64,000 bases of DNA from Verrucomicrobiia bacterium (GTDB lineage Bacteria; Verrucomicrobiota; Verrucomicrobiia; Limisphaerales; UBA1319): the NCBI GenBank assembly GCA_963664225.1, contig OY760937.1, forward strand, positions 384,001 to 448,000, written 5' to 3'. Positions 18,132 to 28,572 of this stretch are shown here, one piece after another. How positions within the stretch are numbered: the first letter of the stretch is position 1; each line of letters opens with the position of its first letter. A program made the translations under genes and the position numbers. A model generated the notes under the pieces. That model saw only the letters and a list, made by a program, of their open reading frames with translations, was not told the origin of the DNA and did no database searches.

Positions 18132-19286
18132 TTACGGCGTTCTCAAGCGGTAAATGCGTGCGGGATAATTCGTCCACTCGGGATCGCTGAAATGGGCCAT
18201 ACCGTCGGTGAGGGTGTTGGTTTGGAGTGGAGACCACGTGGGATTGGCCAGGTTGGTGCAGGCGTCCACGGCGACGGACACGTTTGTTGCCCAGGAAATG
18301 GTGAATCCGAAGCCGTTGGAATTGACGCCAAAGTCGTTACCAAAGTTAAGGATCTGCGGGTTTGGAAGCACCCATTGCGCTGTGGGACGGCCACCATAAG
18401 CCGTGTCCCAGCCAGAAGTGCCCGGCAAGTAATAGACGGTCGCATTGGTGCAATCAAAAAACACATCTTCCTCAAGGCTGGATGCATTGCCTTTAAAATA
18501 GATTCCATTCAGGTTTATACACGATCGGAATGCATTATTCCTAATACTGGTAACGCTCTTTGGGATTGTGACACTTGTAAGATTGTTACACAGAACGAAC
18601 GCAGAATCCCCGATGTTGGTGACACCGTTTAGTATGGCGCAGTTTGTCAGGCCGAAGCAGGCAGCAAACGCCTTATTTCCAATGCTTGTGACGCTATTTG
18701 GTATCGTGACGGACTCCAGTCTGAGGCTATAATAGAATGCCCAATCTCCGATGTTAATGATCCCGTTGGTCATACTGATGCTGATCAGGCCAAAGCATTC
18801 ACTGAACGCATAACTTCCTATGCTCTTGACGCTGTCGGGGATGGTGATGTTCCTAATAAACCTGCATGTTTTGAATGCGGAATCTCCAATGTTGGTGACA
18901 CTATTGGGAATCGTAATATCTGTCAGAACCTCGCAGTTGCTGAATGCATTTGTTCCGATGCTGGTAACGCTATTGGGGATTGTGACACTGGTCAGGCTGA
19001 AGCAACAATAGAATGCATCGTTCCCAATGCTGGTCACGCTGTCGGGGATCGTGACACTTACAAGATCGGAAAGCCGTGCGAATGCCATATCGCCGATTCT
19101 GGTGACAGTTATGCCATTGAGTTCATCTGGGATGGTGACTGCACCTCCGGGACCTGTGTATCCCGTGATGGTAATGGCTCCATTATTGGTTGTGTAAGTA
19201 TAATCGGATTGGGCCTGTGCGAACGCACAAATGTGGAATACCACAAATGCCGCCATAATTGCAGATAAAGTTTTGTTGAATCCCAT
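18132..19286 (-). CDS. BspA-type leucine-rich-repeat (LRR_5) surface protein
   Basis: Signal peptide followed by 23-aa repeats L.SVTIP.SVTSIG..AF..C. Confidence 0.92.
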   Translation of the reverse strand: MGFNKTLSAIMAAFVVFHICAFAQAQSDYTYTTNNGAITITGYTGPGGAVTIPDELNGITVTRIGDMAFARLSDLVSVTIPDSVTSIGNDAFYCCFSLTSVTIPNSVTSIGTNAFSNCEVLTDITIPNSVTNIGDSAFKTCRFIRNITIPDSVKSIGSYAFSECFGLISISMTNGIINIGDWAFYYSLRLESVTIPNSVTSIGNKAFAACFGLTNCAILNGVTNIGDSAFVLCNNLTSVTIPKSVTSIRNNAFRSCINLNGIYFKGNASSLEEDVFFDCTNATVYYLPGTSGWDTAYGGRPTAQWVLPNPQILNFGNDFGVNSNGFGFTISWATNVSVAVDACTNLANPTWSPLQTNTLTDGMAHFSDPEWTNYPARIYRLRTP

Positions 19287-19606
19287 CGTAATGGCCTCCC
19301 TCAGCCCAGTTGAATCCGTCGTTATTCCATGGCTTTAGACCGCATATCACGACCATTATCAGTGTGGAATGGAGAAAGCAAGCCAAACTCTTGATGTTTT
19401 GCCGAAATGCTTGATTCGACGATGATTTTCTGGCATAGGTGGTGACATGCCCAGCCGATCTGAAATAGGCGTTTTGCGCGCGTCCACCAGGACGGGTGGA
19501 GGCTGGATTGTTGCGGGCTTCTTTTTTCAATTTTCAAATCACAACAGAATAGCCGCCAATGGCGCAATGACGTTTCATTGGCCGTGCTGCTGAGTAAGAT
19601 GAGGTT

Positions 19607-20926
19607 ATGAATTACACTTCCCTACAAAACACGGCGGTTTTATTGGGCGTGCTGGTGGCCGGGGTATTCGGCGGTTCCAGCGCATTGTTCGCTCAATCCC
19701 GGGGCATCAACCAGGACGAGAGCAAAGTGCCGCCCTATGTGCTGCCGGATCTTTTGCGCCAGGCCGATGGCACCCGCGTCACCACCCGGCAATCCTGGGA
19801 GGCGAACCGTCGCCCGGAGATTTTGCGTTTTTACGAAACCCAGATGTATGGGCGCAGTCCCGCCCGGCCCGGCGACATGCGTTTTGTGGTGACGGTGACG
19901 GATACCAATGCCCTGGGCGGACTCGCCATTCGCAAGGAGGTGACCATTCAGCTTTCGAAATCGCCGGAAGCGCCGCAGATTCACTTGTTGATGTATGTGC
20001 CCAAAAAAGCCATGGCGACGAGGGAACGTCCGCCGGTGTTTTTGGGTCTGAATTTTTCCGGCAATCAAACCGTAAGCGCCGATCCGGGGATCACTTTGCA
20101 CGAACAGTGGGCAAAGTCGGAGAATAATGGCCCCCTGGTCAGGCGAATGCCCGCCGAATCAACCCGTGGAAAGGAGGCCAGCAGTTGGCAGGTGGAAAAG
20201 ATCCTGCAGCGGGGATATTCGCTGGCCACGTTCCATTATTGGGATGTGGAGCCGGACGATGCGGATGCCTATGAACACAGTGTGCGCGCGGTGTTTCCCA
20301 AGCCCAACACCGGCAAACCGGGACCGGACGAGTGGGGCGCCATCGCGGCGTGGGCCTGGGGAGCAAGCTGCGCCATGGATTACCTGGCGACCGATCGGGA
20401 TATCCAGGCGTCCAAAGTGGCATTGATGGGGCATTCGCGTCTGGGCAAGACGGCCTTGTGGGCGGGCGCGCAGGACAATCGTTTTGCGGTGGTCATCTCC
20501 AACGACTCTGGGGAGGGTGGCGCGGCGTTGAGCCGACGCTGGTTTGGGGAAACCGTGGACCGCATCAATACGGTGTTTCCGCATTGGTTCTGCGGCAATT
20601 ACAAGCAATACAGCAATAACGAAGACAAGCTGCCCATGGACCAGCACATGCTGATCGCCCTGATGGCGCCCCGGCCCGTTTATGTGGCCAGCGCCGAACA
20701 GGATCTCTGGGCCGATCCCAAAGGGGAATTTCTCGCGGCGCTGAATGCGGAACCGGCCTACCGGCTCTACGGGCTGGAAGGCTTGGGCGCGACGGAAATG
20801 CCGGGCATCGAGCAACCGATTGGCAAATTCATCGGCTACCATATCCGCCATGGCAAACATGATGTGACGGACTACGATTGGGACCGTTACCTTGACTTTG
20901 CAGACCGGCATTTTGGCCGGAAATGA
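19607..20926 (+). CDS. Glucuronoyl esterase-like protein (CE15, alpha/beta hydrolase)
   Basis: Signal peptide; AWAWGAS, GHSRLGKTALWAGA, SGEGGAAL, DQH.LIAL.APRP, D.WADP.GE. Confidence 0.9.
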   Translation: MNYTSLQNTAVLLGVLVAGVFGGSSALFAQSRGINQDESKVPPYVLPDLLRQADGTRVTTRQSWEANRRPEILRFYETQMYGRSPARPGDMRFVVTVTDTNALGGLAIRKEVTIQLSKSPEAPQIHLLMYVPKKAMATRERPPVFLGLNFSGNQTVSADPGITLHEQWAKSENNGPLVRRMPAESTRGKEASSWQVEKILQRGYSLATFHYWDVEPDDADAYEHSVRAVFPKPNTGKPGPDEWGAIAAWAWGASCAMDYLATDRDIQASKVALMGHSRLGKTALWAGAQDNRFAVVISNDSGEGGAALSRRWFGETVDRINTVFPHWFCGNYKQYSNNEDKLPMDQHMLIALMAPRPVYVASAEQDLWADPKGEFLAALNAEPAYRLYGLEGLGATEMPGIEQPIGKFIGYHIRHGKHDVTDYDWDRYLDFADRHFGRK

Positions 20927-20990
20927 GCGGACGGCTGTTCCATGACCCAACCAGGAAGTTGGCCGCTGGGGACAGTGCCGGTCGCTTTCC

Positions 20991-21878
20991 TCAGCGCAAC
21001 TCGGTGGTGTGGCGTTTCAGCCAGTCGAGATCGTTCTGAATTTGCGCAACGGTGACACCGGGCATCTGCGCCGAATGGTTGTGCCAGAAGCCGTCGGTCT
21101 CGGGCAAATTCGGGTTGTTAAATTTGGGATTGGTCCATTTGTGGGATTCGGCGTGGCCATCGGCAAACGCGAAATTCGAGGATTTGCCATGGTAGTTGCC
21201 CGGAACATGATAGACGGTGTTATTATCCATATGCACACCGAATTGGGGTCTGCAGATGCTGAAGGGATGGATCTCGCCAAACAAAAAGTAATTGTTGGGG
21301 CGGGGGACCTCGGCGGTTTTTTTGAAGACCCGATATTTGTCGCTGGGTTCGTTGTGCATGAGAACCCCTTCCCAGCCAAAGAACGTGTTCATGCTGTAGC
21401 TTCTTGGCCGCATGAATGTCTGGCCGCCCTTGACGATCGGTTTTCGATCCCCCGGACAGCGGAATGAGGCCCGGGCTTTGAGATACGGGGCCAGCAATGA
21501 GAGTTTGGGCGACACCAGGCCCGCCGCAGAAGCGTCATCGGTCAGATTCGACCCCTCGCGGCCCTCCGCCCAAACACTCGCAACATAATTGGCGGGCGGA
21601 TTAAGCAGATTGACGTTGGCATCTCCGCCTCCATTGGCCGGCCATCGGTCATTGTAATCGGTGGCATAGATCTGTGCGGCGAGACCCATTTGTCTTACAT
21701 TATTAATGCAGGAAATACTGCTGGCCTTGCTCTTGGCGGTGGACAGGGCCGGCAAGAGCATGGATGCGAGAATGGCAATGATGGCGATGACGACCAAAAG
21801 CTCAATCAAGGTGAACGCTCTTTGCTCAGAAAACGCGGGTGTTCTGAAAGACCGCCTGATAAACGTGGGAATTTGCAC
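20991..21878 (-). CDS. Prepilin-type N-terminal cleavage/methylation protein with H-X9-DG domain
   Basis: [29 protein letters not shown]....[26 protein letters not shown]. Start uncertain (GTG at 21878 chosen). Confidence 0.9.
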   Translation of the reverse strand: MQIPTFIRRSFRTPAFSEQRAFTLIELLVVIAIIAILASMLLPALSTAKSKASSISCINNVRQMGLAAQIYATDYNDRWPANGGGDANVNLLNPPANYVASVWAEGREGSNLTDDASAAGLVSPKLSLLAPYLKARASFRCPGDRKPIVKGGQTFMRPRSYSMNTFFGWEGVLMHNEPSDKYRVFKKTAEVPRPNNYFLFGEIHPFSICRPQFGVHMDNNTVYHVPGNYHGKSSNFAFADGHAESHKWTNPKFNNPNLPETDGFWHNHSAQMPGVTVAQIQNDLDWLKRHTTELR

Positions 21879-22192
21879 GACCTGACACTGGAGCACCTCC
21901 CGCCGACGGTCAAGCGGGATGTCCTTCAGATTGCGTAATAAGACAGTCCCGGCGACGTGCGGCAAATTCAGGCTTTTTTATTGGCGAATTACTGGACAAC
22001 CTAAATGGGCCTTGGAATGGTCTGCACCCAATATCATACGGTTTTCCACCGGGTGGGTGCCCGTAACAATCGGCAGGCAATGAGAGAACAAAACCACCGA
22101 TTGGTATTTGGACCCCATCAGACTGCGGCAGTCATTATCGCTGAACCTTTGTAAGGATTTATCTTGGAACAATCCGCTTTATAATTTCGTGA

Positions 22193-24022
22193 TTATTGCA
22201 CCAGGATTGCGCGGTATAATCCCTGAGTGAAGCCTTTATAAACCAGAATTCGCTTTTGCGTGGTGGTGGCGGTGACGGTGACTTCTGTCTGCCAGACTCC
22301 CCCGAGTGCGGTCACGCTCTGGATTTTGTATTGTTTACCCGGCACCGTCTGCAAATACAAGGCATGGTCCGTGGGGCCCAAGGCGGTTTTATCCGCATCG
22401 ATCAAATCTTCCGGGCGAGGTGCATTTTCAAATGACAGTTTTGAATTCGGATTGGTCGGATCAGTGCCTGCCTGCATCTCTGCCAGATTGGTCATGCCGT
22501 CCTGGTCCGCGTCATCCGTCTCCGCGCTGGAGTTTGGATATTTGTCCAACAAACCAACGCTCATTGCCCATTCCTGATAGGTTGGCTGCTGGATCCATAT
22601 TGCCGTGGGTCTGCCAGAATAGGTCGGGCCCCAGCCAGTGGTTCCTTCACGGTAGTGAACGATCACATCAGTGGCGCCCTGGAACGGATCGGGAATGGCT
22701 ACAGGCGCGTTACCCTCAAAATAGACTCCTGTAAGATTGGTGCATGAATAGAACGCCTGAGAGCCGAGCGTGGTGACACTGCCGGGGATGATGATGCTCT
22801 TGAGCCCGGTGCAGTTGTAGAATGCCAGATCCCCAATGGTGGTGACCGTGTCGGGGATGGTGACGTTCTTTAATTCAATGCAGCCATTGAACATCCCATA
22901 GCCGACGATCGGGACGCCATTGCCGATGATCGCATTTGTCAGGCTGGTGCAGGTGGCGAACACGTGCGCCCCAATGCTGGAGACACTCTTCCCAATCATT
23001 ACACTCTTCAGGCCGCTGCAGCCAATGAAGGCCTCCGCCCCGATGCTGGTGACGCTGTTGGGAATCGTGACGCTGGTCAGGCCGATGCAACCACGGAAGG
23101 CATACATGCCGATGCTGGTGACACTGTCGGGTATGGTGATATTTGTCAGTCCGGTGCAGCCTTCGAACGTATAATCCACGATGTTGGTCACACCGTTTCC
23201 AATGGTCACATTCGTCAGGCCGGTGCAGTTATAGAATGCCTGGACTCCGATGTTGGTGACGCTGTCAGGAATCGTGATACTCCTGAGGCCGGAGCACCAA
23301 AAGAATGCCGCATATTCGATGCTTGTGACGTTGTTGGGAATCGTGATGCCCTGGAGCCCTCGGCACGAATTGAACGCATTGGCCCCGATGGTGGTGACGC
23401 CGTTGCCGATTACCACATTGGTCAGACTGGCGCACCAAAGGAATGCCTTATTCCCAATGGTGGTGACACTGTCAGGAATCGTGATGTTCGTGAGCCCCGA
23501 GCAGTTATAGAAGGCCTGATAACCAATGGTGGTGACTTTGGATGGGATGGTGATGCCCGTCAGGCCAGGGCAACCGTCGAAAGTATTATTGGCGATGTTT
23601 GTCAGGCTGTTGCCCAATATCGCATTCGTCAGGCCAGTGCAGCCATAGAACAATTGGATTCCAATGCCGCTGACACTGTTGGGGATGGTGATGCTTTTCA
23701 AGCTGGTGCAACCGTCGAACACATTATTCCCAATGGTGACGATGCCTTCAGGGACTATCACACTTGTCAGGCTGGTGTCTTTTTGGAACGCGTAGTCCCC
23801 GAGAGTAGTGACCGGGGTGCCGCGAATATTGTCTGGAACCGTCACATTGGCTTCAGATCCGTTATATTTTGTGATGGTTACTGAAGTGCCGTCTGTCGAG
23901 TAGGTGAAATTCCCATACAATTCAGCTCTGCCCAGGGTAAACATGCCTGATAATAGAAGAAGAATTGACACGAGGCTCCACTGCGAGACGTTTCCGACTA
24001 TAATTCGTTTCGTTATCGTCAT
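22193..24022 (-). CDS. BspA-type LRR surface protein with a C-terminal DxDxDG Ca-binding-like motif
   Basis: Signal peptide, long run of 23-aa LRR_5 repeats, DADQDGMTNLAEMQAGTDP. Confidence 0.92.
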   Translation of the reverse strand: MTITKRIIVGNVSQWSLVSILLLLSGMFTLGRAELYGNFTYSTDGTSVTITKYNGSEANVTVPDNIRGTPVTTLGDYAFQKDTSLTSVIVPEGIVTIGNNVFDGCTSLKSITIPNSVSGIGIQLFYGCTGLTNAILGNSLTNIANNTFDGCPGLTGITIPSKVTTIGYQAFYNCSGLTNITIPDSVTTIGNKAFLWCASLTNVVIGNGVTTIGANAFNSCRGLQGITIPNNVTSIEYAAFFWCSGLRSITIPDSVTNIGVQAFYNCTGLTNVTIGNGVTNIVDYTFEGCTGLTNITIPDSVTSIGMYAFRGCIGLTSVTIPNSVTSIGAEAFIGCSGLKSVMIGKSVSSIGAHVFATCTSLTNAIIGNGVPIVGYGMFNGCIELKNVTIPDTVTTIGDLAFYNCTGLKSIIIPGSVTTLGSQAFYSCTNLTGVYFEGNAPVAIPDPFQGATDVIVHYREGTTGWGPTYSGRPTAIWIQQPTYQEWAMSVGLLDKYPNSSAETDDADQDGMTNLAEMQAGTDPTNPNSKLSFENAPRPEDLIDADKTALGPTDHALYLQTVPGKQYKIQSVTALGGVWQTEVTVTATTTQKRILVYKGFTQGLYRAILVQ

Positions 24023-24322
24023 AAGGGCCTTTTACCACTTGCCTGTCCTTATGCAAGACAAATCATGAAGTATTTTCAAGGGCGAATTGAATCCGATTTC
24101 AAGGTATTGAGGAAACCAGATTGAGTGAAAGCCATGGCGCCATTAATTCACGCAAAAGAGAAACGGGAAACCGGAGGCAACAAACATGAATTAAGGGAAC
24201 TGTTTCAATGGATTTGAATGGTTTCAACCATTGTCGGCTTGGGTTCCGTCCTGCTGAATTTCTGCATGGCTTGGCTTTACAACGCTGATGAACCTTGGAA
24301 TGTTATTGGCTCAGGACTGACC

Positions 24323-25858
24323 ATGATAAACCAACTATTCCGGATCAAGAGCCTGACCAGGATCAATGCCGACCTGCAGGCCGAAGGAGGCCATCGCCTG
24401 AAAAAGACCCTTGGGCCGCTCGATTTGGTCGCGTTGGGAATTGGCGCGGTGATCGGCGCGGGAATTTTCACGGTGATCGGCACGGCTGCGGCGGGAGGGG
24501 CCTCCCATATCGGAGCCGGGCCGGCGGTGTCTCTCTCATTTCTCATTACGGCCGTGGCGTGCGCCTTCTGCGCGCTGGCTTACGCCGAGTTTGCCTCGAT
24601 GGTGCCCATTTCCGGCAGCGCCTACACGTATTCTTATGCCACGCTGGGGGAGGTTGTGGCGTGGATCATTGGGTGGGATCTGATATTGGAATACGGCATC
24701 GGGAATGTGGCGGTGGCCATCGGTTGGTCCGGCTATTTCCATCATTTGATGGAAGGCTTTGGACTTCACATACCGGGCTGGCTCTCGGTGGATTACCATT
24801 CCGCGCATCTCGCCTATTTGGAAACCGTCAAAAGCGGCGGCACAGTGGTTCCGGGAACGAACCTTGCGATGGAGGCCTGGCAAAATCACCCGGTGCTGTT
24901 CGGCATTCCCGTCATCTTTAATTCCCTGGCTTTTGGGATCGTCCTGCTGCTCACCTGGCTCCTATGCATCGGCATCAAGGAATCCGCGTGGACCAATAAC
25001 GCGATGGTCATGATTAAACTGGTGATACTGACCTTTTTCATCGGGCTGGGCGCCTACCACGTCGATCCTCAGAACTGGACTCCTTTCATGCCCAATGGAT
25101 TCAATGGTGTGTGGGTGGGCGCCAGCCTGGTGTTTTTTGCGTTCATCGGATTCGATGCCGTATCGACCGCCGCCGAGGAATGCAAGAATCCGGGACGCGA
25201 CCTGCCGATTGGGATCATCGGATCGCTGGTGATCTGCACTGTTTTCTATGTGGCTTCAGCCATCGTGGTCACGGGGCTGGTTTCATGGAAAACACTCGGT
25301 GTTCCCGATCCCCTGGCGGCGGCGTTGTCGCAGGTGGGGCTGAACTGGGCCGCCGGAATCGTCGCCTTCGGGGCGGTGATTTCCATTTCCTCCGTGTTGC
25401 TGGTCTTTCAGTTGAGCCAGCCGCGCATTTTCTTCTCCATGGGACGCGACGGTCTGCTGCCGAAATGGTTTTCAACCGTTCATCCAAAATACAAAACCCC
25501 GGCCAATTCGACCATTCTGACCGGTGTCGTGGTAGCCGTGGTGGCCGGGTTCACCAATATCAATGAAATGGTGGAACTGACCAACATTGGCACGCTGTTC
25601 GCCTTCATCCTGGTCAGCGCGGGCATCATCGTTCTTCGCATCACAGATCCCAAGCATCCCCGCATTTTCAGAACCCCGTGGGTTCCCTGGGTGCCGCTGG
25701 CCGGTATGATCATGTGCGGTTACTTGATGCTGGGACTGCCGCGCATCACCTGGATCCGCTTCTTCATCTGGCTGGCCATCGGGCTGGTGATCTATTTCGT
25801 CTACAGTTATAAACACAGTGTCCTCCGAAAACGCGACAGGGCCGTTGGAAAGGCTTGA
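24323..25858 (+). CDS. APC-family amino acid permease
   Basis: LGIGAVIGAGIF, YAEFASMVPISGSAYTY, FFAFIGFDAVSTAAEE; many TM helices. ATG at 24323 preferred. Confidence 0.93.
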   Translation: MINQLFRIKSLTRINADLQAEGGHRLKKTLGPLDLVALGIGAVIGAGIFTVIGTAAAGGASHIGAGPAVSLSFLITAVACAFCALAYAEFASMVPISGSAYTYSYATLGEVVAWIIGWDLILEYGIGNVAVAIGWSGYFHHLMEGFGLHIPGWLSVDYHSAHLAYLETVKSGGTVVPGTNLAMEAWQNHPVLFGIPVIFNSLAFGIVLLLTWLLCIGIKESAWTNNAMVMIKLVILTFFIGLGAYHVDPQNWTPFMPNGFNGVWVGASLVFFAFIGFDAVSTAAEECKNPGRDLPIGIIGSLVICTVFYVASAIVVTGLVSWKTLGVPDPLAAALSQVGLNWAAGIVAFGAVISISSVLLVFQLSQPRIFFSMGRDGLLPKWFSTVHPKYKTPANSTILTGVVVAVVAGFTNINEMVELTNIGTLFAFILVSAGIIVLRITDPKHPRIFRTPWVPWVPLAGMIMCGYLMLGLPRITWIRFFIWLAIGLVIYFVYSYKHSVLRKRDRAVGKA

Positions 25859-25861
25859 TCC

Positions 25862-28507
25862 ATGAAATTTCACCAGAAAGAGTTTCGCCACACCGCGCTG
25901 ATCGTGATGGCGATGGTCCTCCTGCAAAGCAGGATCGGGTTAGCCGCAAACCCCGGTCCCACAGCGGTGGATTTTCAATACTCGCCACCGGAATGGCAGA
26001 CGGCCATCTGCCTGCCGGACGATCCTGACAAATCGCTCGTGGATCGCAGCGGCGAACTGCTCTATCACTACAACCAGGGCGGGCGCGAGTTCGGCACCCG
26101 GGTGAGCGTCGAAGCGGTTGGGAATGCGGTCTGGCAGAAACAGGAGTTGCTCTCGCCGCGTGTGCCCATTGTAATCACGCACCGCCTCGCGGAAGGGCTC
26201 GAAATCACCGAGGAAGCTTTCGCCATCACCGATCTGCCGCAACCGAGCGCGAAGTTAAGTCGCAAGGGATCCTCGGCCAGTACTAACCTGCCGCAAACAA
26301 CAGGCACGAGGCTGGTGTTGCTGCGTGTCGATAAGGGCGGACGCGAGAGGAACTGGGCCAAGCCGCCCAGTGGCGTAGATGCATCGTTTGGCGATATCGC
26401 GGTCCATCAGGAGGGCAGTCTGGAATACACCGTTGCCGTTTCGGCGGGCGCCGCGTATCGCATTGCACTGGTATTGTGTGAAGGTTGGTGGAGCGAGACT
26501 GGGAAGCGTGTTCAGGTTTTAAGAGTGGAAGGCGCAGCTCCACGGACAATCGATACCGTGGCCGATCTCGGGAAGAACAAGGCAGGTGTCTTTTGGTTCG
26601 ACGCGAAAGACACCAATGCCGACGGGCGGATCGAAGTAACCGTTGAAGCCGCTGGGGCCGACAAAAACACCATCCTCAACGGGCTATATGTTCTGGCCCC
26701 GGATGCCAATCCGGACAGTGAGGCGTTGTTGGCGGGCCGGATGAAGTCATTGGCTTTCGAGCGCATGAGCACCGCTCATTCCAGCGGGCCTGCGCGCAAC
26801 GATCTGATACTCGTCCACGTTAATAACACCACGTTGCAGGAATACACCCTGCGGCCCAGACTTATTGTGGATACGACCTTGCCGTTCACCTTCCAACCCG
26901 ACACCCAGCGGGTGCAGGTTAACGAACACGAGACCATCACGTCCTCACTGAAAATGATCGGCATGGCGGACGAGAGTTCATCGCGGCGCGCGATCCAACT
27001 CGAATCGCTCACTGTGCAGCCGGGCCAGAGCGCCACATTTTTTGCCCTGTATAGCGGCGGCGGCGCAATTGAGATCGAGCCAGCGTCTGTGAAAAAAGCC
27101 CTGAAGTATCGCGAACAGGCGGTGACGTATTGGCAAAAGGCACCTCTGCCGTACGGACGCGTTCAGGTGCCGGATGCGGGGATTCAAGGATTGGTGGATT
27201 CATCCATCCGCAACATCTGGCAGGCGCGGGAAATCAAAAAGGGCCTGCCGGCATTCCAGGTAGGGCCGACCTGCTATCGGGGGCTCTGGATTGTGGATGG
27301 CGCGTTCCTCCTGGAGGCCGCCGAGCTCCTGGGCGCTGGAGCGGAAGCCCGCAACGGCGTGGCCTACGAACTGACTTATCAGCAACCGGACGGGCGCATC
27401 CAGGTGATGCAGAATTTCTCCAAGGAAAACGGAATCGTGCTCTGGACATGCGTTCGCCACGCGCAACTCACCCAGGACAAGGCCTGGCTTGCAGCTCTAT
27501 GGCCCAAGCTGGAGCGCATTGCCGAACATATCAAAACGCTGCGGCAGCAGACTTTGACAAACGCCTCAAAGCTCGACGACGGATTGCTGCCCGCCGGTTT
27601 TCCGGACGGCGGAATCGGCGGCGTGATGGATGAATATACGAACCCCTATTGGAACCTCGTGGGCCTGCACGCCTTTATAGACGCGGCGCATTGGCTCGGC
27701 AAAACGGATTCTGCGGCGGTTTGGCGAAGAGAATATGATGACTTCATGGCCGCGTTCCGCAAGGCGTCGCAGCGCGACATGAAAATAGATGCGCATGGGC
27801 ACCCTTATCTGCCCATTCGCATGGATGGTCAGGACCTGCCTCAACGTGGGCAATGGGCTTTTTGCCAGGCGGTTTATCCGGGTCAGATATTTGCCAGGGA
27901 TGAGGCATTGGTCGCGGGCAACATGGCGATGCTGCAAGAGACCGAACGCGAAGGCATGGTCTATGGCACCGGCTGGGATCCGACCGGTATCTGGAATTAC
28001 TTTGCGTCTTTTTACGGGCATGCCTGGCTCTGGCAGGGCAATGGCCAGAAGGCGGCGAAAGTGCTTACGGCCTATGCAAACCATGCCGCGCCAACATTGG
28101 TCTGGCGCGAGGAACAATCATTGCGGGGTGAAAAATTCAATAAAGTGGGCGACATGCCGCACAACTGGGCGAGCGCTGAATTCATCCGGCTGACCATTCA
28201 CCTCCTGGCGCTGGATCGCGGCGATGAACTGCACTTGCTGGAGGGTCTGCCGCCGGAGTGGACCGGCCCTGTAATGACCACACGCCTCAGTGGAGTGGCC
28301 ACCCCGTTCGGCCCGCTCGAGATGGTTTTAAAAACCGATCGCGCGGGAAAAATGGCGACACTGAAAGTCAAACCGTTAGCCGATAACTGCAGCGCCATTG
28401 TGGTGCATCTGCCTGATGGCGGCACCCAAAAGATTTCTCCCGCCAAAGGCGGCACGATTACTTTTCCGGTGGGCAATTCAGGTGGCCGGACTCACGAAAA
28501 GCAATGA
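25862..28507 (+). CDS. Secreted six-hairpin (alpha/alpha)6 glycosidase-like protein with a malectin-like insert
   Basis: Signal peptide; YRIALVLCEGWW...GKRVQ (malectin-like); GPTCYRGLWIVDGAF, W.EE, GDMPHNWASAEF. Confidence 0.7.
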   Translation: MKFHQKEFRHTALIVMAMVLLQSRIGLAANPGPTAVDFQYSPPEWQTAICLPDDPDKSLVDRSGELLYHYNQGGREFGTRVSVEAVGNAVWQKQELLSPRVPIVITHRLAEGLEITEEAFAITDLPQPSAKLSRKGSSASTNLPQTTGTRLVLLRVDKGGRERNWAKPPSGVDASFGDIAVHQEGSLEYTVAVSAGAAYRIALVLCEGWWSETGKRVQVLRVEGAAPRTIDTVADLGKNKAGVFWFDAKDTNADGRIEVTVEAAGADKNTILNGLYVLAPDANPDSEALLAGRMKSLAFERMSTAHSSGPARNDLILVHVNNTTLQEYTLRPRLIVDTTLPFTFQPDTQRVQVNEHETITSSLKMIGMADESSSRRAIQLESLTVQPGQSATFFALYSGGGAIEIEPASVKKALKYREQAVTYWQKAPLPYGRVQVPDAGIQGLVDSSIRNIWQAREIKKGLPAFQVGPTCYRGLWIVDGAFLLEAAELLGAGAEARNGVAYELTYQQPDGRIQVMQNFSKENGIVLWTCVRHAQLTQDKAWLAALWPKLERIAEHIKTLRQQTLTNASKLDDGLLPAGFPDGGIGGVMDEYTNPYWNLVGLHAFIDAAHWLGKTDSAAVWRREYDDFMAAFRKASQRDMKIDAHGHPYLPIRMDGQDLPQRGQWAFCQAVYPGQIFARDEALVAGNMAMLQETEREGMVYGTGWDPTGIWNYFASFYGHAWLWQGNGQKAAKVLTAYANHAAPTLVWREEQSLRGEKFNKVGDMPHNWASAEFIRLTIHLLALDRGDELHLLEGLPPEWTGPVMTTRLSGVATPFGPLEMVLKTDRAGKMATLKVKPLADNCSAIVVHLPDGGTQKISPAKGGTITFPVGNSGGRTHEKQ

Positions 28508-28572
28508 AATGCGGGAGTGGTATTTGAAGTGTAGTTTTGGATTCTGATCGCATCTGCAACAAGAACGAACGC

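Noticed and set aside
18500..23800. Periodic ~69-nt nucleotide repeats that could be mistaken for CRISPR or tandem repeats
   Set aside because: They are the coding 23-aa LRR units of the two BspA-like genes; there are no unique spacers or cas genes.
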